A stretch of 64,000 nt of DNA from Entomortierella parvispora E1425 (Eukaryota; Fungi; Mortierellomycota): positions 868,001 to 932,000 of the forward strand of contig BQFW01000010.1 in assembly GCA_020891255.1 (NCBI GenBank), read 5' to 3'. The position numbers were made by a program, and so were the translations under genes. The stretch's first letter is position 1. Each line of letters opens with the position of its first letter. The notes below the pieces were generated by a model. That model saw only the letters and a program-made list of their open reading frames with translations, was not told the origin of the DNA and ran no database searches. Positions 57,488 through 64,000 of the stretch are shown piece by piece.

Positions 57488-58591
57488 ATGAAACTCGTTC
57501 GGTAATACTGCTGGGACTGACGTTACTGGCGGGAAACTGCAGCGCATCTGGAACCTGTGGCCAAATCACGATCAGCGGTCGCAGTGGAACGGGTGGCGTC
57601 GTCAATAGTCTCTCTGCCACGCACCATCGTCGTCATTCAGAACAAGGATGTCCTGTCGACAATCAGGACTGGCAACATCACCAACTAGAACCTCTCTCTG
57701 GGACTCGCGTTCGTCATTGGGTGACAGTGATGCATGGGCTATGGACCCAAGCTCATAAAGAGCGCGACAATGGACGACAAATGGACAACTCTAGATCTGG
57801 AAGCAACCCGTTGCATCTGTACTCAATCGCCAATGGACTATACATCTTTTGACCCTTACCTGGCTTGCATCATGACGACGAGGAATCTTTTCAAGGAAAT
57901 CAAGTGACTGAAGAGGACTATCTTCTAACGCACAAAGTTCGCCTTTACTTAGTTTTCTCATGAAGCTCAATACCGAGACGGTTACCGTCGAGCTCAAGAA
58001 CGGTACCATCGTCTACGGCACAGTTACAGGCAAGTGTGTATTCTGCGTCGCCTTTCCCACTTTATCTCCCTTCTGAAACCAATAGGAGCATGGTATCCTG
58101 GACAAACAAAAGCTTCTCTGATCTAATCGAAGTTGTGCATTTTGTATTAACCCTGGTCATCCTCCTCGCTTTTCTAGGTGTTGATATGAGCATGAACACA
58201 CATTTGAGAGCTGTCAAGATGACGGTCAAGAACAAGGATCCCGTCAACCTGGACTCACTCAGCATCCGTGGGAACAACATCAGATACTTCATCCTCCCCG
58301 ACTCGTTGCCATTAGACACTCTTCTCATTGACGACTCGCCAAAGAGCAAATCGAAAAAGAAGGCTGGTACTGTATACTTTCTTTTATTATTTTCCCTCTC
58401 TCTCTTTCTCTCAGTCTCTCTCATCTTCGTATGTACTTGTTGCTAAAAAAATGCTAACTCTTTTCTGTATTTCATTTTCTGATCCCTTTATAGCATCTTC
58501 CGGTCCCGTCTCTGGAAGAGGCCGTGGTGGCAGAGGTCGCGGAGGACCAAGGGGTGGTCGTGGTGGTCGCGGTGCTCGTGGACGATTCTAA
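57488..58591 (+). CDS. SMD1: Small nuclear ribonucleoprotein Sm D1; exons 57488-57501, 57953-58029, 58178-58366, 58494-58591
   Basis: [23 protein letters not shown]...[10 protein letters not shown]...[22 protein letters not shown] followed by an RG-repeat tail. Confidence 0.97.
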
Positions 58592-58965
58592 GCTATACAA
58601 GGAAGAAACGCACAAGAGGATCTGCAAGAAGACATGTTACAATAGGCAAAACCAACATTATAAACCAATCGATGCGATTAAATATCACAGCGGACATTGG
58701 GATGCTATTTGCGTGTGACAGTGGGCAGTGAGAAAAGACGGCGTGTGTTTCCTGGAAAGGCAGTGCAATTTGCCACGTAAGAAACGCAGTTGACCATTGG
58801 GCAAAGTCTCCACGTATGTTACCACCGCCTGGTAGCGGGTCCAAGCGTGCTTTAACGTGTCACGGAGGTTTCTGGTTTCTTTCCTGAGCGAATTCGAAGG
58901 TTGCATTCCTTTATTCCTTCATTAGTTTGTTCATTCATTCATTCATTGTCAAGAATACATACACA

Positions 58966-61290
58966 ATGAGTCTCTTCTCACCCTTGCTCGAAAAGCTCAC
59001 GTTCTCAACCATGCGTTCAGGGTCAACCGCAAGCTTTGAGGTGATAGAGCCGCATACATCCCAACCCCCGCCTACTTTCACAGCTGGTCATGCAGTCCCA
59101 GAAATCATGCAAGAAATCTTCTCGTATCTATCACAGCAGGATCTCATTCGCAAGGCGAGCCAAGTCAATCGACTATGGCGGTCGATCAGTATGTTCTACA
59201 TCCGGGGCAAGGTCAGTTGGCAGGACACCATGACCACCAAAGAACAGGAGCTGGCTCTCCTCGGCATCGGACTGGAGGGCACAAAGATCTTGCAGTTGTG
59301 GGCGCAAGACTCAAGAGTCTACCCCGCCTATGACGAAGGGGTTGAGAAGCTAGTGGGTGCAGCCTGGGATGCTTTAGCGGAAACTATCCGATCGATGACT
59401 GCAGTACAAGAGGGCGGTGCAAGACTTGATAGACATGGGCAAGGGAACACAGTCAGAAACAGGCCCCAATGGCAAACTTTGATCTTTTGTGGTGATATCA
59501 AATGGCTGAGCTTGCAATTGGAGCCCTGGATTCTCCAAGGTAGTCTTGGATCGCTCTCGACGTTGCGGCTTTTACATCTTACGCCTGGTCCCATCGATTT
59601 GAGTTGCATTCTGTGCGAACTTTCGAATCTGACAGAGCTGGTGATCGAATCCATGGAAGGCCGACCGTTTGCCTCGAAAAGGAACGTGACCATTACGTGG
59701 GAGACGAGGACTATGCAGGAAGAAGGCGGAGAAGACACCCAGGAGGGGGGAGGAGAGGATGGCTGGACATTGGTCCTACCGAAACTCAAGATCAGGACAT
59801 TGAGCCTCAGATCCATTTTGGTGAATCAATCGATCCTTGAGACCTTGTTCAGATCCATGCCCCAACTGAGGTCCCTAGAACTTGTTTCTGTGCTCCAACC
59901 CAAGGATACCTTTCATGTAGAGAAACACAGGAGCGACGGTCGCATGGACCCCTTTGACCCACACCATTATCTGGACCGTGTTCGCCTCTTGGAATTCTTG
60001 GCGGAGCACTGTCCTTGCCTGGCCCATTTTCATCTTTCCATGAACACTCGCTGGTGGAAGCTCTCTCAGAATGACATGGTCCGGATGGCAAGTAGATTCC
60101 CAAATCTGAAATCATTCTCATGCATGACCATGGATATCAAACCCGAGACATTACCCTTGTTTGTCGACCGATTAACGACTTTGGAACTCACATCCAATGG
60201 CCATTTGATCAATGTTCGAAGCACCCTACATTGGTACCTGTGCCACGCCCCGTTGCTCCTGCACCTTAAAGCACCGGGTGTCCTGACTTTTGCAGATGAC
60301 TTGATTTTGGACCCAACTTGGAAACACAACGGACCTCCCAGGGCTTCAATGTCTTCATCGCGACCGCACCCGCCTGTGGAGACTTTGAATTTTGAGGGTC
60401 GAGTCTGGGCCTGTCGAGACTTGAAAACGATTAATGTGTGTATGGAAACACAGCGCCTGCTCCACTATACTGCGCGTCGACGGTCCGAGTCTGGCGACGA
60501 AGTCGGGTCCTCCAACAACCGTAGGCTCTTTGCCTACTTGAGTCTAGTCTGTCCCAAACTGGAAGAGATCACGCTCGAGGGTTCTCAGCTGGAGATTTCC
60601 GTTCAATCTGGGCTCGTGTTCTTGTCCAGATTGAATCGATTGAGGCGGTTGCGGTTATTCGTCTCACTCACACCCTGGTTGGAGAAGGGGTCGCTGGACT
60701 GGATGCGAATTGGCTGGGGAATGTGGCCTCCACCACCGCCATGGCGTACTCCTGTTTCGTGGACACAAACAGCCGGTCCGTTCCAATACCTGACGGAACC
60801 ATATTCACCGAGAGTCAATGCTAAAAGACAAACACCATGGATTGGCCTCCTACTTGGGCGGTATGAAGAAAGAAGGCTTGCGAAGGAGAAGATCACTTAT
60901 CAAGAGTCCCTCTTGAGGGGTCTCGAATCGACAACGGCAGATCTGAGAAACAAAGCAAAGACTTTAGCTCTGCCAAGTTATTACCCTGACCGTTCCACTA
61001 TAGATGAATTTATGAGATCAAAAGAGCAACATGATCCTTCCAATGATTCTGATCCCCCACCTCTACACCCAATCGAACTGGTTACAATGGAGGCATTGGA
61101 TCATGTGGCAGAGCGATTTCAGGAATTGACATCGATGCAAAGACAGATCGTTGAGGGCAAGTCCGAGAAACGAATATGGCCACATGTAGAGTCGTTCGAG
61201 GTCCATATGACTAAGAAGCTGGCTCCCCATGCCATGCGATGTATCCTACAGATGCGACCCGACCTTCAGGCTTGGGAAGAAGCCGAGTAA
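58966..61290 (+). CDS. F-box / RNI-like LRR protein (intronless)
   Basis: PEIMQEIFSYLSQQDL...QVNRLWRSIS F-box, followed by LxxLxL repeats and a WACRDL motif. Confidence 0.85.
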   Translation: MSLFSPLLEKLTFSTMRSGSTASFEVIEPHTSQPPPTFTAGHAVPEIMQEIFSYLSQQDLIRKASQVNRLWRSISMFYIRGKVSWQDTMTTKEQELALLGIGLEGTKILQLWAQDSRVYPAYDEGVEKLVGAAWDALAETIRSMTAVQEGGARLDRHGQGNTVRNRPQWQTLIFCGDIKWLSLQLEPWILQGSLGSLSTLRLLHLTPGPIDLSCILCELSNLTELVIESMEGRPFASKRNVTITWETRTMQEEGGEDTQEGGGEDGWTLVLPKLKIRTLSLRSILVNQSILETLFRSMPQLRSLELVSVLQPKDTFHVEKHRSDGRMDPFDPHHYLDRVRLLEFLAEHCPCLAHFHLSMNTRWWKLSQNDMVRMASRFPNLKSFSCMTMDIKPETLPLFVDRLTTLELTSNGHLINVRSTLHWYLCHAPLLLHLKAPGVLTFADDLILDPTWKHNGPPRASMSSSRPHPPVETLNFEGRVWACRDLKTINVCMETQRLLHYTARRRSESGDEVGSSNNRRLFAYLSLVCPKLEEITLEGSQLEISVQSGLVFLSRLNRLRRLRLFVSLTPWLEKGSLDWMRIGWGMWPPPPPWRTPVSWTQTAGPFQYLTEPYSPRVNAKRQTPWIGLLLGRYEERRLAKEKITYQESLLRGLESTTADLRNKAKTLALPSYYPDRSTIDEFMRSKEQHDPSNDSDPPPLHPIELVTMEALDHVAERFQELTSMQRQIVEGKSEKRIWPHVESFEVHMTKKLAPHAMRCILQMRPDLQAWEEAE

Positions 61291-61397
61291 TACCCAGGAA
61301 CAGCAACACTCCCATAGATGCCAAATCACATTCATAATTGATAATAAATAGATGCCATGAAGTTTTAATGCTGATGAAGATGCTGGGTGTGGATGGA

Positions 61398-64000
61398 TTA
61401 AAAGTCTAATGTGATGTCCGAGCCATCTCCACCCTTCTTGCCCTTATGGCCCTTTTTGCCTTTCAAGGAGCTGTCGCCCGCTTGATTTTGCAGTTGTGGT
61501 GGGGTGTCAACAACGACCTTTTGACGGCTCTGCTTCTTTTCCTTCTGTTTCATTCGCTTCAACAGTTTCTCTGAACTGATATCCAGAGGTCTTCTTCTCT
61601 TGTAACCTCCATCGCCCTTGCCGTTTGTTTCTCCCTCTGCAAGCTGCTCATCACCCTCGCCTGGCCCGTTCTCCATCTGCACAGATTCTTTCCGGACTGG
61701 CTTGTTCTTGGGCTGATGAGGGAACAAATCTCCCCAAGCTGATTTGCGAGCATCGCGGTACTGGATCTTGCCTTGGGACTTGGGAATAATGATTCGCTCC
61801 AATGATCCATTTGAGGCGCAGGTATCGATCACGACGTGTCCATCCTTCTTGAGTGGTGGTACCACAATCCTAGACCAGTCATGAGAAGCGTCCTGCATAT
61901 CACTGGCAGAGTCATAAGTGACAGGTGGAGGTGGTGGGGGCTTCTTGAACTTTCTCTTGGACTGCGCTGTTGAGTCGTCAGAGATGGTTGCGGTGTCCGC
62001 GGCAATAATGTCGGCCGAGGCTTCTGCAGCGACTACAACCTTGGGTGTGAAGGAAGGACGTGATCCCTTTCGCAGGACCACATAGGTATATTTGGCGTCC
62101 TCGAAGTTTTCCTTGGAGTGTTTCGTCTTTCGCTATTATCCATCATGAAAAGCGAAGTGTTAGTATCATAGAAACATCATAAGGAGTTCATTTCTCGAAC
62201 AAGTGTTGTAAAGATATTCCGAAAATTTACCAAAAAGTCAGGACGTTGCAATTTTTGCGAGAAATGGCACCACTGTGTATCGCGGCTCAAGGATGCATAC
62301 ATGGGGCAGACCTTGTCGTGGGGGCACTATTCAAAAGTGCAAGAATGTTCAGGTTAATATCCGCCTATAAAAATGTTTTTCTGATTTCTCACTTTAAAGA
62401 CCATCACGGGCTCTTACCGGTGCCAAGACGTGTGCAGGCTCGCGCTCTTCTGGGGCTTCTTCCGGAATAGGCACACCCCAGTCATCATACTTGGGCTTCA
62501 CCTTCTGTCGGCCAATGTCCAATCCCAAGATTTGTTCTCTGGCCTCTGCCAAAATCCTGAATCCACTAGGAGTTCCACGATCAACCAGAATCTAGTAGTT
62601 ATGAACAGGGTTAGTGCCTACATCCTCAAAATCAAACAAAAGAGCAGATCGCAACGTTTTTTGTCTTACCAACATGTCGTTGGTCGATTCCCAAAGTTGC
62701 TCCAGAGTCGATTTACGGAGTGCAGGCGTCGTCAATTCGCTCAAAGCAAACGCACTCATAACCACGTCGTATTTGGAAGCTTTTGGTCCATGAGACATAA
62801 AGGGCTTAAAAGTCACATTCTTAATCGCAGCTCTTGAATCTGCCAATGATTCTAAGACTTCCTCTGCAGTCTCCAGCATCGCCATCGAACTGTCGACTCC
62901 TGTGCAATGTACAGACTGATCATCCCAGACTTGGTTTACTGCCCTGTTTGTTTGGATCGATATATTGTGTTAATGTCAATGATAACAGAAGGGGACAACT
63001 TCCCAAAAAAAACAGGTCTCTTACCAGATTGCAGTTCCAGGTCCAGTTCCAAAATCCAAGACTGACTTTGGCTTTAGGTCCGGTACGCGCTTATGCACCT
63101 CTTCCAGGACGTTCCTGATAGCGCTATATGTCGTTGGGGCCATGGCTGCGATATAGGCCATGGATTCACGATGGCCGTATTCCAAGATATGAGCTGGTGT
63201 AGGTTGCTCCACGCCTCCTGCTTTCGATCCGACCACAGGTTTAGATCCGCTCTTCATTCGTTTTGTGACCGAAGTAGACCCTTCAGAGAGATCATCCTCA
63301 TCCAAGGCGCTAGTCGAACGCAACGACCCATAAAGTCTCAAGGCGTCCGTTCTAATCAGGGACTTGTCATGCTCTATAGTGAAATGGAGATATTAGTATG
63401 GTAATCCCCTATCTGGGTTCCACATCCTGCATATCATGACGCAGCGAAGGAAAAGTACCATCAAGGACATTTCGAATTGCATCCTGGATTTCCAGTGGAA
63501 TTTCAACCTGTCCGATACGTTTCCGTCCATATTCGGCCTCCTTGGAACCTCTCTGGTGACTCGATCCGTCAACATCTTCCTCGCCGGCACCGGCGGCCAT
63601 AGCGGCATCTCGGGCAGCCTTAGTTTCGCCCTTGGCCCTGTCATCACGGGGGATCATAGTGACCTTTCCTTGCTTGTCCAGAAAAATAATCATGTTGGGG
63701 TCGTATTCCGGCACTTCCTCAAACTTAGCAAGCTTGAATCCATTGGGCAACTTCACGTTGGGCTCAGTTTTTGATTTGTTGCTATTGTCGTTGTTTGCTG
63801 TGATCACTGTGGGCGAAGCGATAGAGGGGGATGGGATCCCAAAGCGGTTGCTGGCTACTGCCTTGCCACCAGTAGGCGCCTTTGGGGTGAGTGGTCGAGA
63901 GCGTGCTGCCCTGGCATAGCCACGGAGCTGACTTCCTTGCGTCCGAGAGGAGTTCAACGACAACAAAGCGAACTGGTTGAGAAGCGAGCCTGACGAGGAG
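61398..64000 (-). CDS. RSM22: Mitochondrial small-subunit assembly factor / methyltransferase-like Rsm22 (METTL17), 5'-partial, multi-exon
   Basis: [57 protein letters not shown] and [14 protein letters not shown]. The frame is open to the window edge. Confidence 0.92.

Noticed and set aside
57502-57952. Box C/D snoRNA in the long first intron of SMD1 (ATGACGA...CTGA near 57870-57910) and the 233-aa ORF 57151-57852
   Set aside because: The boxes are only about 30 nt apart with no terminal stem. The ORF spans the promoter microsatellite and intron and has no recognisable motif.

Overview
Eukaryotic, intron-containing fungal DNA. It is most consistent with Mortierellaceae (Mucoromycota), an inference from intronless F-box/RNI genes, intron style and gene content. 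Host genes: metaxin (5'-partial), a Q/P-rich protein, a STAS-less SLC26 transporter, a DUF836 glutaredoxin-like protein, a C2H2 TF, three F-box/LRR genes, a 4-TM protein, a 7-TM receptor-like protein, an MFS transporter, a Ski7/HBS1Lv3-like protein, a CBM18-AA5 copper radical oxidase, tRNA-Leu(AAG), a Gcn4/CpcA bZIP with two uORFs, an alcohol acetyltransferase, PRI1, SMD1 and RSM22 (5'-partial). A ~12 kb mobile-element island (about 6.8-18.8 kb) holds Helitron, piggyBac and Crypton-like relics, a 9-bp minisatellite and the standout feature. That feature is a 5-exon, ~1400-codon gene fusing an XPG/FEN1-type nuclease domain to a Fanzor1 (eukaryotic TnpB, RNA-guided RuvC nuclease) that retains its D-E-D triad. 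Other highlights are a ~1 kb inverted duplication carrying two copies of a 51-aa secreted 4-Cys prepropeptide missed by the ORF track, and non-LTR retroelement 3' fragments with an 18-bp target-site duplication just upstream of the tRNA gene. All family calls rest on motif recognition by eye; no database searches were run.
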